DNA from: Candidatus Uhrbacteria bacterium GW2011_GWE2_46_68
GTDB taxonomy: Bacteria; Patescibacteriota; Patescibacteriia; UBA9934; GWF2-40-263
Direction: 5' to 3'
DNA length: 64,000 bases
Assembly (NCBI GenBank): GCA_001002765.1
Contig: LCMS01000007.1
Coordinates: forward strand, 8,170-72,169
Positions 51,805-61,379 of this stretch are shown here, one piece after another (positions within the stretch are counted from its first letter, which is position 1; each line of letters opens with the position of its first letter). The notes under the pieces were generated by a model that saw only the letters and a list, made by a program, of their open reading frames with translations, searched no databases and had not been told where the DNA came from. The translations under genes and the position numbers were made by a program.

Positions 51805-51806
51805 AC

Positions 51807-52529
51807 TTAAACATCTTTTTTCTTTTTGTCGTACCCAAATGTGTAATGAAATTTGTTATGTCGAATCGGACCCAAAAACCAAAGATGCAGTTCTCCCAAC
51901 AGATACTTCCACACAATAGTCAAACGGCCGTCCCGATCAAGCCGACGCACGGAAACAGGAACCGCGTGATGTAAAAAACCGAATTTTCCCTGTTTACACG
52001 CACGCACGGCATAATCATGATCTTCACAAAAAATAATCTCTTCATCAAACCCACCGATTTTTTCATGTAAATCGCGGCGAGAAAAAATACAAAATCCGGG
52101 AGCGTGAGGATGCCATGACCCAAGCAGACGCGCATAGGCGTTGTATCCTTTATGAAGCCAGTGATCGAGGTGACGGTTGGAAATCGGGAGCACATCGCAG
52201 GTGCCTATATCCAACCTGCGTGTTTGCATCTCGGCAACGGCTTTTTCCAAAAAATAAGGATCGTGAAGCTCTACATCTGCATCCAAAAAAAGGATAAATT
52301 CCGTTTGCGCTTGCGCGGCCCCACGATTGCGTCCCACCGAAGGCAACCCACCATCTACAATATCCACGCCAAATTTTGCTGCGATCTCACGCGTTCTGTC
52401 TGTAGAATGCGCGTCAGAAACGATAATTTTTGAAGGCGTGAAGGTTTGTTTTTTCAACGAAGATAATAAACGAGGAAGATAGTGTTCCTCATTTTTTGTG
52501 ATAACGACAACGGTCAACATAGGTGTCAT
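51807..52529 (-). CDS. GT2 glycosyltransferase
   Basis: NEE, GRNRGA, FLDAD, GGFDE, EDHD. Confidence 0.9.
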   Translation of the reverse strand: MTPMLTVVVITKNEEHYLPRLLSSLKKQTFTPSKIIVSDAHSTDRTREIAAKFGVDIVDGGLPSVGRNRGAAQAQTEFILFLDADVELHDPYFLEKAVAEMQTRRLDIGTCDVLPISNRHLDHWLHKGYNAYARLLGSWHPHAPGFCIFSRRDLHEKIGGFDEEIIFCEDHDYAVRACKQGKFGFLHHAVPVSVRRLDRDGRLTIVWKYLLGELHLWFLGPIRHNKFHYTFGYDKKKKDV

Positions 52530-52533
52530 TATT

Positions 52534-52986
52534 TTACCGCATTTGTGTTCCAAACCAAAACAAAGCAATCCCCGCTGCAACAGATACGTTAAGTGAGCGC
52601 TTCACCCCTGGCATGGGGATCTCGGCTATCGCATCACAGGCAGTACAAAATTCCGATGATAAGCCCTCCACTTCGTTTCCTACAAGGAGAACAATCTTCC
52701 CATTTTTCCTCTTTACCTCTAAAAGTGATTTTGCTTCTTTGTTTGTTTCCAACGCACAGATAAACCATCCTTGCATCTGCAATTCTCGAATGAGCTCCAA
52801 TGTATTTTCTCGCTGTTCCCATGGCACGCGATGTTCAGACCCCAATGCCACCTTAGCGATTTCTTTTCGTGGTGGCGTTCCCGTGATTCCGGTCAAATAT
52901 ATTTTTTCCACTCCAAACGTGTCGGAAGATCGAAATAAAGATCCGACATTATGCAGAGAGCGGATATCATGAGCGATAAGACGCAT
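52534..52986 (-). CDS. SpoU/TrmH-family RNA methyltransferase
   Basis: RSLHNVGSLFR, VGNEVEG, IPMPG, SLNVSVA. Confidence 0.92.
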   Translation of the reverse strand: MRLIAHDIRSLHNVGSLFRSSDTFGVEKIYLTGITGTPPRKEIAKVALGSEHRVPWEQRENTLELIRELQMQGWFICALETNKEAKSLLEVKRKNGKIVLLVGNEVEGLSSEFCTACDAIAEIPMPGVKRSLNVSVAAGIALFWFGTQMR

Positions 52987-53022
52987 ACGCTTGCGCAAAG
53001 GTATTATGACTGCCAGAATACC

Positions 53023-54168
53023 ATGCAGCAAACCTTTATGTCTTCTTGCCCACAAAAAGATCGATGTGGATCTTGCGGATGGTCGCATATCCCCTATCAA
53101 AAACAACTTGCGCAAAAACTCGCTGACATCAACGGATCGTTGGCACTCAAAAAACTTTCTTTACGTTGCAAAGAGATTCTTCCCTCTCCTCGTATTGAGC
53201 ATTACCGCAACCGCATGGACTTTGTGATTGATTTTGAAGGACGCATGGGACTGCGGGAAAAAGGAAAATGGTGGAAAGTAATTGATGGGCATCCTTGTTT
53301 TTTGGCAGATGAAAAAATCGAATCACTTTTCCATTCTATTCATGCCTGGCTTCCAACAAGCGGTCTCACTTATTTTGATCGCAAAGCCGCGACCGGTCTT
53401 TTGCGTTATGCCGTTATCCGCGCTCTGCAAACGGGAGAAACCATGGTGGACATGATTACAAGTGCCCCCGTGGATTCTTTCGAGGAGGAACGGACACATG
53501 CCGCTTTTTTCTCTCTTGCCCAACATCTTTCTCCCACCTCATTTTTTTGGTCCATCAATTCCACGATCTCGGATGTTTCTTTCGGAGACAAACACGAGCT
53601 CATTTCCGGACGTCCAGACATCGAAGAAGTTGTGGATCATGTTCGTTATCAAATCGGCCCTCACACGTTTTTTCAAACCAACTCGCACGCATCTCCTCTA
53701 CTCCTTCAAACCGTGAAAGAATTTGCCGGACCAGTCAAAAATAAAACGGTTTTAGATCTTTACTGCGGCACAGGATTTTTTGCCCTGGCATTTGCCAAAG
53801 ATGCCAAGCGAACCATTGGAGTGGAACTGGCGCCCGAGGCGATTGTCGAAGCGAAAGAAAACGCGCGTATCAACGAACTTTCAGCCGAGTTTTTTGATGC
53901 TAAAACCGAATCCTTTCCTTGGCAGGATTTCCACCCCGATGTTGTTATCTTAGATCCGCCACGTGCGGGGATGCATGACCGAGCGCTGAAAGATATTTTA
54001 GAAGCCAAGCCACCACGCATTGTGTACGTTTCCTGCAACTATAAAAACTTTGCTCGCGAAATGGTCATCCTACAAAATCTGTATCGCATGGAAAACATCC
54101 GTGCCATGGACATGTTTCCCCACACCCCGCATGTGGAATTAGTCGCGGCTCTCACTCTGTCCGATTGA
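53023..54168 (+). CDS. RlmD/TrmA-family RNA m5U methyltransferase
   Basis: CGSC, YRNR, FFQTN, DLYCGTG, DPPRAG, YVSCN, DMFPHTPHVE. Confidence 0.92.
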   Translation: MQQTFMSSCPQKDRCGSCGWSHIPYQKQLAQKLADINGSLALKKLSLRCKEILPSPRIEHYRNRMDFVIDFEGRMGLREKGKWWKVIDGHPCFLADEKIESLFHSIHAWLPTSGLTYFDRKAATGLLRYAVIRALQTGETMVDMITSAPVDSFEEERTHAAFFSLAQHLSPTSFFWSINSTISDVSFGDKHELISGRPDIEEVVDHVRYQIGPHTFFQTNSHASPLLLQTVKEFAGPVKNKTVLDLYCGTGFFALAFAKDAKRTIGVELAPEAIVEAKENARINELSAEFFDAKTESFPWQDFHPDVVILDPPRAGMHDRALKDILEAKPPRIVYVSCNYKNFAREMVILQNLYRMENIRAMDMFPHTPHVELVAALTLSD

Positions 54169-54203
54169 CGTAACGTCTTTTTCGTGATTGTATAGCCTTT
54201 CGT

Positions 54204-55073
54204 ATGAAGAAAATAATTGGTCCAAAAAAATCCGGATTCGTCGTGATGGTTGGACGATCTAATGTCGGCAAGTCCACCTTGCTCAATGCTCTTGTGGGTT
54301 CCAAGATCGCCATTACCTCTCCCAAAGCGCAAACAACCCGCGTTCCCATTCATGGAATTGTTTCGAGAGAAGAAGGCCAAATCGTTTTTGTGGATACGCC
54401 TGGCGTCTTTACACACATGCACGATTCGCTCAGTAAGCGCCTCACACATTCTGTCTCCGAGTCGCTGCAAGATATCGACATGGTTCTCTATGTTGTGGAT
54501 CCCACACGAGAAATCGGAGATGAAGAAAAAGCCGTCTTACGCCTGTTGGATCATGTCACCTGCCCAAAGATTCTTGTCGTCAACAAAATCGATATTTATC
54601 GCAAACCTTTTTACGATTTTTTCATGGACCTGAAGGATAAGTTTACGGATGTGATCGAAATATCAGCTAAACAAGGAACCCATATTCAAAGCTTAATCGA
54701 GATGATCTATACCTATCTTCCCGAATCTGAAGAACTGTTTTACCCCGAAGGTCAGCTGACCAATATTTCAAACGAACGATGGTTGGCAGAACTCATTCGG
54801 GAAAAATTATTCTTGCGTCTGCGGCAAGAGGTTCCCTACTCCGTACATGTGGAGGTGGAGACTGTGGAAGAACGCGAAAAAGTTCTCTATATCAAAGCGA
54901 CTATTTACACGACGGATGATCGCTATCAAGGCATGATTATCGGCAAAGGCGGACGAGGCATTCGAGAAATCGGTCAATCTACGCGTAAGGAACTCGAAGC
55001 TGTTATGGATCGTCAAATTTATTTGGACTTGAATGTGGAAGTCAATCCTCATTGGGCAGAACAATATTTATAA
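54204..55073 (+). CDS. era: GTPase Era
   Basis: GRSNVGKST, QTTR, DTPG, NKID, KH-domain IIGKGG. Confidence 0.97.
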   Translation: MKKIIGPKKSGFVVMVGRSNVGKSTLLNALVGSKIAITSPKAQTTRVPIHGIVSREEGQIVFVDTPGVFTHMHDSLSKRLTHSVSESLQDIDMVLYVVDPTREIGDEEKAVLRLLDHVTCPKILVVNKIDIYRKPFYDFFMDLKDKFTDVIEISAKQGTHIQSLIEMIYTYLPESEELFYPEGQLTNISNERWLAELIREKLFLRLRQEVPYSVHVEVETVEEREKVLYIKATIYTTDDRYQGMIIGKGGRGIREIGQSTRKELEAVMDRQIYLDLNVEVNPHWAEQYL

Positions 55074-55127
55074 AAAACTCACCGGCCGAAAGGTCGGTGA
55101 TTTGTTTTTCTGCTATGATAAACTCCT

Positions 55128-55751
55128 ATGCATCTTAAGACGACTATTTTTATTCTTTTCTTCAGCCTCCTTCTTGTCACTCTCCTGATTGGCCATAGGT
55201 TTGGTGCAACCTGGGCCGGAGGAGAAGGAGTCACCGAAAATCTCGATGTCATGATTACCGAAATGCAAGGGTCTTTGGAAATGATGCATCATGACGATAC
55301 AAGAGTTGTAATGGCAGATGACATTCTGATGCGTGGTGAAGTAATCCAAACGGGCGATGATGGATATATCCGATTCGTGATCGGCGAAAATGTTCTCGTG
55401 GGGATGGCGGAACGGACAACATTGACTCTCGAAAGCATAACGTCAAACAACCTCCGTATCCTTGTCACGCGCGGACGGATCGTTGTGGAACAAACCGGAT
55501 CCGAGCCTCTCCATATTCAAACAAACTTTACTGATACAACTCTTGAAAACGGAGCCATTACTCTTGTGAATTATGACTTTTTGGAAACCGTGATGATCGC
55601 TCCCTATCCTGTAGCAAAGGCTTCTGTGAAAACTTCTTTGGGCTCTATACCTCTCTCTTCTGCTCTGAGTATTCATGAAACTCCTGAAGTAAAAATCGAG
55701 GGAACCTCCCCTACCCTGACCTTGCCTTTTTACGAGTGGTATCAACGATAA
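55128..55751 (+). CDS. Membrane-anchored FecR-like domain protein
   Basis: N-terminal TM; GEVIQTG...IRF...T.LTL...GRI pattern. Confidence 0.55.
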   Translation: MHLKTTIFILFFSLLLVTLLIGHRFGATWAGGEGVTENLDVMITEMQGSLEMMHHDDTRVVMADDILMRGEVIQTGDDGYIRFVIGENVLVGMAERTTLTLESITSNNLRILVTRGRIVVEQTGSEPLHIQTNFTDTTLENGAITLVNYDFLETVMIAPYPVAKASVKTSLGSIPLSSALSIHETPEVKIEGTSPTLTLPFYEWYQR

Positions 55752-55839
55752 AAATCTCCAAAACATCGTCGGCGATTGACCGGCCATTCTTGTTTTGCTA
55801 CGGTTGTTGTCCTCGTTCTTTTCATACCATGGAGGCGAC

Positions 55840-56802
55840 ATGTCTACTTCTTCTCGCAAAAGGTTGGTCTATCGTTGTGATGACGCAAGCCGGTTACAAA
55901 GTCGTATTTTACGCGCCGTGAAAGAATACCCGCTCCAAGGCCCGATCATTCTGACCCATGACGGCTCAATCACAAATTTCCTTTGGCGCTTGTACCTTAC
56001 GGAACACTTCTTGTGTGACTTTGATGAAACCGCTTGTGCAGATAATGAATGGGCTGTCCTTGACGACCTTATGGCAGAGCGTGCAAAGCAAGACCCTTTC
56101 CTTGCTCGTCAGTTGCATCATTTGCGACGAGTAATCGCTCCACACAACCTTGGCAATCTGCATGGTGGACATTCTTGGAGAAAATGGTTCAGTTTTGAGC
56201 GCGTAATTATCGACACCCCTCTATTGGCCGCCACCATGGCTGCTGAACAATCCATGTGGGGTACGGTCAATGTAGAGCGTTCTGTGATTGGAATGACGCG
56301 TACGGATATTCGCGCGCTTGCGCAACACCTGCATCTGCGTCCGGGAATTGTCGAGCTCTTTGGCATGATCGATGATGCAAGAATTGTAAGCGGTGGCATT
56401 CATGACATCATCGCGGAAACATTTGCACGACATGGGTTCATTCTTTCGGATCATCACATCCGGGCCATTCGTCTGGATTATGATGAAGAAGAGCGCGCTC
56501 TTGGAATCAAACCCAAGGATGTGATGGTTGTGGGAAGACGCAAGGAAGAAACACTTGCAGAATTGAACCATGGGATGTTGACCCTTGGGGATAGCATCTG
56601 GGATATGCATCTATGGTCTTTGCGCGGGATCAATGGCATTATCGTTGACCCCCGATGGCCTGAAGATAAAATCAAAGGAAAGATGCCCAAGGATGCACTA
56701 AAGGCTGCCTGGGCCCACGAGTATTTGGACTTCATCTTGATTGGGGAAGATGTGCTTCCGCTTGCCGATAGTGTGAGACGGGCGCAAAAAAGACACTGGT
56801 AA
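55840..56802 (+). CDS. Hypothetical protein with a degenerate HAD-like fold
   Basis: ILTHDGSIT, LRPG, IVSGG, LGDSIWD; GGAGG RBS. Confidence 0.55.
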   Translation: MSTSSRKRLVYRCDDASRLQSRILRAVKEYPLQGPIILTHDGSITNFLWRLYLTEHFLCDFDETACADNEWAVLDDLMAERAKQDPFLARQLHHLRRVIAPHNLGNLHGGHSWRKWFSFERVIIDTPLLAATMAAEQSMWGTVNVERSVIGMTRTDIRALAQHLHLRPGIVELFGMIDDARIVSGGIHDIIAETFARHGFILSDHHIRAIRLDYDEEERALGIKPKDVMVVGRRKEETLAELNHGMLTLGDSIWDMHLWSLRGINGIIVDPRWPEDKIKGKMPKDALKAAWAHEYLDFILIGEDVLPLADSVRRAQKRHW

Positions 56803-56806
56803 CGCA

Positions 56807-56836
56807 AAACCGCGAGGATGATCCCGCGGTTTTTTT
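56807..56836. terminator. Bidirectional intrinsic terminator
   Basis: aaaccgcg...cgcggtttttt between convergent genes. Confidence 0.6.
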
Positions 56837-56869
56837 GTTTACCAAAAAAAGAGGAGAGAACCCCACCTC

Positions 56870-57943
56870 CTACTCCAAAATCACTCCTCCTCCGATCATC
56901 TCTTCTCCATCATAAAATACAATGGACTGGCCCGGGGTCACGGCACGTTGATCTTTTTTGAACACAACAAACACGTTATCCTCTTCGATTTTTTCTATCA
57001 CACACGCCTCTGGCGCTTGACGATAACGCACACGAGCCACACAAGCATGAGGAAAAATACTCGGACGATGAAACCAATTTAATTGATCCGCCACAAGATT
57101 TTTATGATAAAGCGTTGGATGAAATTGGCTCGACACCACTAAACGCTTTGTCACTTGATCTTTTGCTATCACGTAATATGGACCGCCAGGAGCGTTCAAT
57201 CCCTTACGTTGTCCGATGGTAAAAAACGCCACACCTGGATGAGTACCCACTACCTTCCCTTCGGTTGTTATAATCTCTCCCGGATCCTCGGGAATCCGCT
57301 CCCGCAGAAAACTCATAAAATCCACTTCTCCCACAAAACAAATCCCCACACTGTCTTTTTTATCATGAACCGGAAGTCCTAGAGCTTTGGCTTTTTTTCG
57401 TACCTGTGGCTTCTTCATCCCGCCCACAGGAAACAAGACACGATCAAGCGAAGAAGGAGGGATGGCCCAAAGAAAATAACTTTGATCTTTATGTTCATCC
57501 TTGCCGACCAAAATCCTTGTGCGATTATTTTGGTAATCCACACGCGCATAATGTCCGGTCGCAATAAAATCGCACCCGAGTTTATCCGCCTCTTTCAAAA
57601 ACAAATCAAACTTTACGATCTTATTGCACAAAATGTCCGGATTGGGTGTTCTCCCTTTCTGAAACTCGGCAAACATCGTATCAATGACTTGCGTGCGATA
57701 GGCTTCTTCAAAATCAAACGTGACAAACGGAATCCCAAGGTGCGCGGCCACACGCATCGCATCCCGACGTTCTGTACGCCATCCGCACTCTTGTTCTTCT
57801 CCATGACACTTCGTGGTCGCTGACCAATTTTTCATAAACGCTCCGATCACCTCATACCCTTGTTCCAACAACAATGCCGCAGAGACCGCCGAATCCACAC
57901 CACCGGAAAGACCAACTAAAACTTTTTTCTTTTGCTGCGACAC
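56870..57943 (-). CDS. mnmA: tRNA 2-thiouridylase MnmA
   Basis: SGGVDS, TPNPDILCN, ATGHYA, KDQSYFL, TPGQ. Confidence 0.97.
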   Translation of the reverse strand: MSQQKKKVLVGLSGGVDSAVSAALLLEQGYEVIGAFMKNWSATTKCHGEEQECGWRTERRDAMRVAAHLGIPFVTFDFEEAYRTQVIDTMFAEFQKGRTPNPDILCNKIVKFDLFLKEADKLGCDFIATGHYARVDYQNNRTRILVGKDEHKDQSYFLWAIPPSSLDRVLFPVGGMKKPQVRKKAKALGLPVHDKKDSVGICFVGEVDFMSFLRERIPEDPGEIITTEGKVVGTHPGVAFFTIGQRKGLNAPGGPYYVIAKDQVTKRLVVSSQFHPTLYHKNLVADQLNWFHRPSIFPHACVARVRYRQAPEACVIEKIEEDNVFVVFKKDQRAVTPGQSIVFYDGEEMIGGGVILE

Positions 57944-57946
57944 AAA

Positions 57947-59251
57947 TTATTTTTCTTGCTTTATGATTTCCTCAAACCGCTCCACATCTTCTCGATGCAC
58001 ATAAAAATCCGCGAACGCAAGCATCTCGTTATATTTTTGCAGCAAATCGGAGTAAGTAAATACGGAAACATATTCCTTTCCTCCCAAGACTTTCTTTTCC
58101 ACGTAAATATCCGAGGAAGGACTGGTTTGTTTTGATAAGGCGAGTGTGTGCGTATAGGTGAAGGAATGAATGTGGTGGGTCTGACACAGGGTCTGAAGTT
58201 TCACCAAAGTTTTCCGATCCTCTGCCTTTCGATCATAGAGTCGCAACACACGACGCGCCGGCAGACGACGCATCAAATGATACGCATAATAATTTTTTGG
58301 ATCTTTGGCTGCGACAAATAATTTTTCCAAAATCTGGCCGTCGCGCATATCAGCATACTCATAAGGATCTGTGGGGATCGTCATCTCAATTTCTTTTTGC
58401 TCGATCGCCTGTTCGAGATAGTGAGCGAATCCCGCCTTGGTTTTGTGATAATACACTTGATCAATCATGTGATAACGAGCGAGAAGCAAATCTTCAAGCG
58501 CGCGCACGCCGTTTTCTGTCACCGTCCGAATCAAACCCCCATCCTTTTGTGCTAATCCCAAGCTTGAAATCATCCAATCCATATCATACTGACCATAGGC
58601 GACCCCGCAGTAATAACTGTCGCGCAACAAATAATCCATACGATCGCAATCAATGACTCCGGAGATCAAGGTTTTCATAACCGCTTGAATCGTGGGAATA
58701 CGTTCCTCCAGTTCTGTAAAAAATGGACCTGGAATAATATCTCCATGAATCAAAGAAGCGACGTCTTGCGCAAATCCAGCTTCCAAGACCCCCTCTTTTG
58801 CCAAGGTCTCAATAAAAAGCACAGAATAATCTTCATGCTCGGATTGACGCTCGTCGGTTTTTTTCCACCAAGATAGTTCCAAAGGAAGATCACGAAGACG
58901 AGGAAATAATTTTTCCGAGGAATGGGAAAAAGGACCGTGGCCAATATCATGAAGCAACCCGGCGATTTTTACACGATCAATCAAGGATTGCTGTTCTTCT
59001 TTAGACAGTGTCATGCGTAAAAGTTCAGAACTGGAAAGACAGCGTCCAATCAATCGGCCGGCCACATGCATGGATCCAATACAATGCATAAACCGATCAT
59101 GATTGGCACCTGGATACACATACGTTTGCAGAAAAGAAAGCTGGCTCACATAGCGAAGACGTTGAAAAAACGGATGATCAATAAGACGACGCTCCTGCTC
59201 GGTAAACTTGATGCGTTTATGAATAGGGTCACGCAATTCGTAGGTTTGCAT
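57947..59251 (-). CDS. HD-domain phosphohydrolase (YwfO/SAMHD1-like dNTPase family)
   Basis: FQRLR, VYPGANHDRF.H, LLHDIGHGPFSH, DCDRMDYLLRD. Confidence 0.88.
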   Translation of the reverse strand: MQTYELRDPIHKRIKFTEQERRLIDHPFFQRLRYVSQLSFLQTYVYPGANHDRFMHCIGSMHVAGRLIGRCLSSSELLRMTLSKEEQQSLIDRVKIAGLLHDIGHGPFSHSSEKLFPRLRDLPLELSWWKKTDERQSEHEDYSVLFIETLAKEGVLEAGFAQDVASLIHGDIIPGPFFTELEERIPTIQAVMKTLISGVIDCDRMDYLLRDSYYCGVAYGQYDMDWMISSLGLAQKDGGLIRTVTENGVRALEDLLLARYHMIDQVYYHKTKAGFAHYLEQAIEQKEIEMTIPTDPYEYADMRDGQILEKLFVAAKDPKNYYAYHLMRRLPARRVLRLYDRKAEDRKTLVKLQTLCQTHHIHSFTYTHTLALSKQTSPSSDIYVEKKVLGGKEYVSVFTYSDLLQKYNEMLAFADFYVHREDVERFEEIIKQEK

Positions 59252-59379
59252 ATGACAAAAGTCTAGCAGACAGATGAGAGATGTCCAATAAAGAGGTGTC
59301 TTGTACATTTTGACTCCTCGTTCTTTTTATGACTACAATAACGCGCGTTCTTTTTCCCTTTTCACGGAGTGCTACAAAT

Positions 59380-59661
59380 ATGCGCAATCGTAACTCGACC
59401 TACGAAGACATCGCACATTTTCTTGAAAGCAGGAAACAACATCTAGAACTGTTGTTCTGCACTCTGATTACCACACCACTCTTTTCTTGCGCTCTTTACG
59501 AATCTGGAAATCGGATTCTTTTTCTTTGCGTGACCACCATTGGGATTGTCTTTTGCGTCATCTATGTGCTCTTCATCTGCTGGCATACATGGAATCTCTG
59601 GTACCTACGTCATCCCTGTCCTGATGAAGACACCCAAGAACAAATTTCCACGCGCTCCTAA
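59380..59661 (+). CDS. Small two-TM hypothetical protein
   Basis: Hydrophobic ORF followed by a terminator; start uncertain (59329 or 59380). Confidence 0.5.
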   Translation: MRNRNSTYEDIAHFLESRKQHLELLFCTLITTPLFSCALYESGNRILFLCVTTIGIVFCVIYVLFICWHTWNLWYLRHPCPDEDTQEQISTRS

Positions 59662-59682
59662 GCGCCCCAGACGCCGCACCAC

Positions 59683-59710
59683 AAAACCGCCCACGAGGGG
59701 CGGTTTTTCT
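59683..59710 (+). terminator. Intrinsic terminator
   Basis: aaaaccgccc-acgag-gggcggtttt. Confidence 0.7.
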
Positions 59711-59738
59711 TTTATTTTTTCCAAAACGGGGTCAGAAC

Positions 59739-59948
59739 GGGGTCAGGTCGTGAATCGTAGCGTCTTTAATAAAGCTTAATATTGTCAAAGCACTGTTTCT
59801 TAAATAAATACATTGTACAAATGAAAGAATCTAAAAAATCTCAACAAAATTTTATTATTTGAACAAAGACATTAAGATAAAATTTCAACGTTTTATAGCC
59901 CTAAAGCTAATAAAGTTAACTTAACGCTACGATTCACGACCTGACCCC
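59739..59948. mobile_element. MITE/REPIN-like element with 25-bp perfect terminal inverted repeats
   Basis: ggggtcaggtcgtgaatcgtagcgt (59739-59763) and its exact reverse complement (59924-59948); very AT-rich 160-bp interior. Confidence 0.72.
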
Positions 59949-59958
59949 CCTAACCCCC

Positions 59959-60738
59959 CTAAAAAAACAAAATCAAAAATCCAAGAACGACGCGGGCGAC
60001 GGCGATCCATGCATATCCGGCGCGACGTAAAAACATCAACAAAAACTTGATGGTAAAAAAAGCAGAAATACAAGCGCTTGCCCATCCAACCATGATAGGT
60101 ACCCAATCCACAGATCCTCCTTGACTTACCAGAATAAACAGATGATATCCGCCGGCAGCCGCAATCGCGGGAATACCCAGCAAAAAGGAAAAACGTGTTG
60201 CTGTCTCGCGCGAAAGTCCACTTACCAATCCGGCGCTGATGGTTATCCCCGATCGAGACGTTCCTGGAATCAAAGAAATGACTTGAGCGCATCCTGTCAC
60301 GAAAGCTTGTTTCCAACCAGTTTTTTCCACGCTCGTCACATTTTTCCTTCCCCATCGATCAGAGGCATACAACACAATGCCCCACACGATAAAGGACGCG
60401 GCCACCACTTCCTTCGCCCGCAAACTCGTCTCAACAAAATCTTGCGCAAAAAATCCAATTAAAAAAACCGGGAATGTCGCAATCAAAATCTTCCATCCCA
60501 ATCCTCCCCATACGCGATCTTTTTTTATCATCCCTACACACATCCGCCGTACATCTCCTGACAAAGCAATGAGCACAGCGGCCAAAGTCCCCAAATGGAT
60601 AAATGCATCAAATGACAATCCTTGCTCTTCCCATCCAAGCCACTGTGGCACCAATACCAAAAAACCAGAACTCGAGATCGGAAGAAATTCGGCAACACCT
60701 TGCACGAGCCCCAAAATAAACGCGTGAAAAATACTCAT
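59959..60738 (-). CDS. uppP: Undecaprenyl-diphosphatase
   Basis: QGVAEFLPISSS, PGTSRSG, FSFLL. Confidence 0.95.
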   Translation of the reverse strand: MSIFHAFILGLVQGVAEFLPISSSGFLVLVPQWLGWEEQGLSFDAFIHLGTLAAVLIALSGDVRRMCVGMIKKDRVWGGLGWKILIATFPVFLIGFFAQDFVETSLRAKEVVAASFIVWGIVLYASDRWGRKNVTSVEKTGWKQAFVTGCAQVISLIPGTSRSGITISAGLVSGLSRETATRFSFLLGIPAIAAAGGYHLFILVSQGGSVDWVPIMVGWASACISAFFTIKFLLMFLRRAGYAWIAVARVVLGFLILFF

Positions 60739-61376
60739 GGAAGATAGGTAAGAAGTTGATCAATGAGCATGGGTTGTTTCAAAAACATCTGTGTTCCATG
60801 TCCGCTTTTTTCCAAAAAAACACCTGTCACCTGAGAGGGGCGAGAGGAGACGAGAACCTGTGTATCTTTGTAAGACTCCGGATCATCTGTACTGGCAACG
60901 ACGATTGCCTTTTGAGAAAGAGACAGATGTTCTACGGCATCTTTTGTTTTCACTCCTCGATAATCCAATCCTGGTGACAATGCGATCGCCACCGGACTTT
61001 TTGGATGCTCGGCTAAAAACCGCAGGGCAAAATTAGCTCCGATTGAAGCACCGATCACGACCGTTGTCTCTTCCTTGGCTCCGAGTAGTTCCATATACGC
61101 AAATGCCGCTTCCACATCGAACCGTTTGGCCTGCTGTTCCTCATCAGAAAATTTTCGATAATCCAACGCGCCTCCCATAGTGCTTTCTCCATGCCCGCGT
61201 TCATCGATCGCCAAAACCGTATATCCTTTTTGAACCAAGGCTTCGGCAAAATCTCTCCAACTTTCTTTAGTTTCCGGCATCATGTGAAACAGAATGGCGA
61301 ACCGCGATCCACCATCATACAAATCGCCGACAATAGTCACTTTGTCTTGTGTTTGAAACGTTACGCGCTCCACCAT
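60735..61376 (-). CDS. Alpha/beta hydrolase
   Basis: DERGHGES, GASIG nucleophile elbow, GHG. Confidence 0.88.
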   Translation of the reverse strand: MVERVTFQTQDKVTIVGDLYDGGSRFAILFHMMPETKESWRDFAEALVQKGYTVLAIDERGHGESTMGGALDYRKFSDEEQQAKRFDVEAAFAYMELLGAKEETTVVIGASIGANFALRFLAEHPKSPVAIALSPGLDYRGVKTKDAVEHLSLSQKAIVVASTDDPESYKDTQVLVSSRPSQVTGVFLEKSGHGTQMFLKQPMLIDQLLTYLP

Positions 61377-61379
61377 ATC

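Noticed and set aside
57947-59251. HD-domain dNTPase considered as an anti-phage system
   Set aside because: It is a common housekeeping family, is coupled to mnmA and has no defence-island context.
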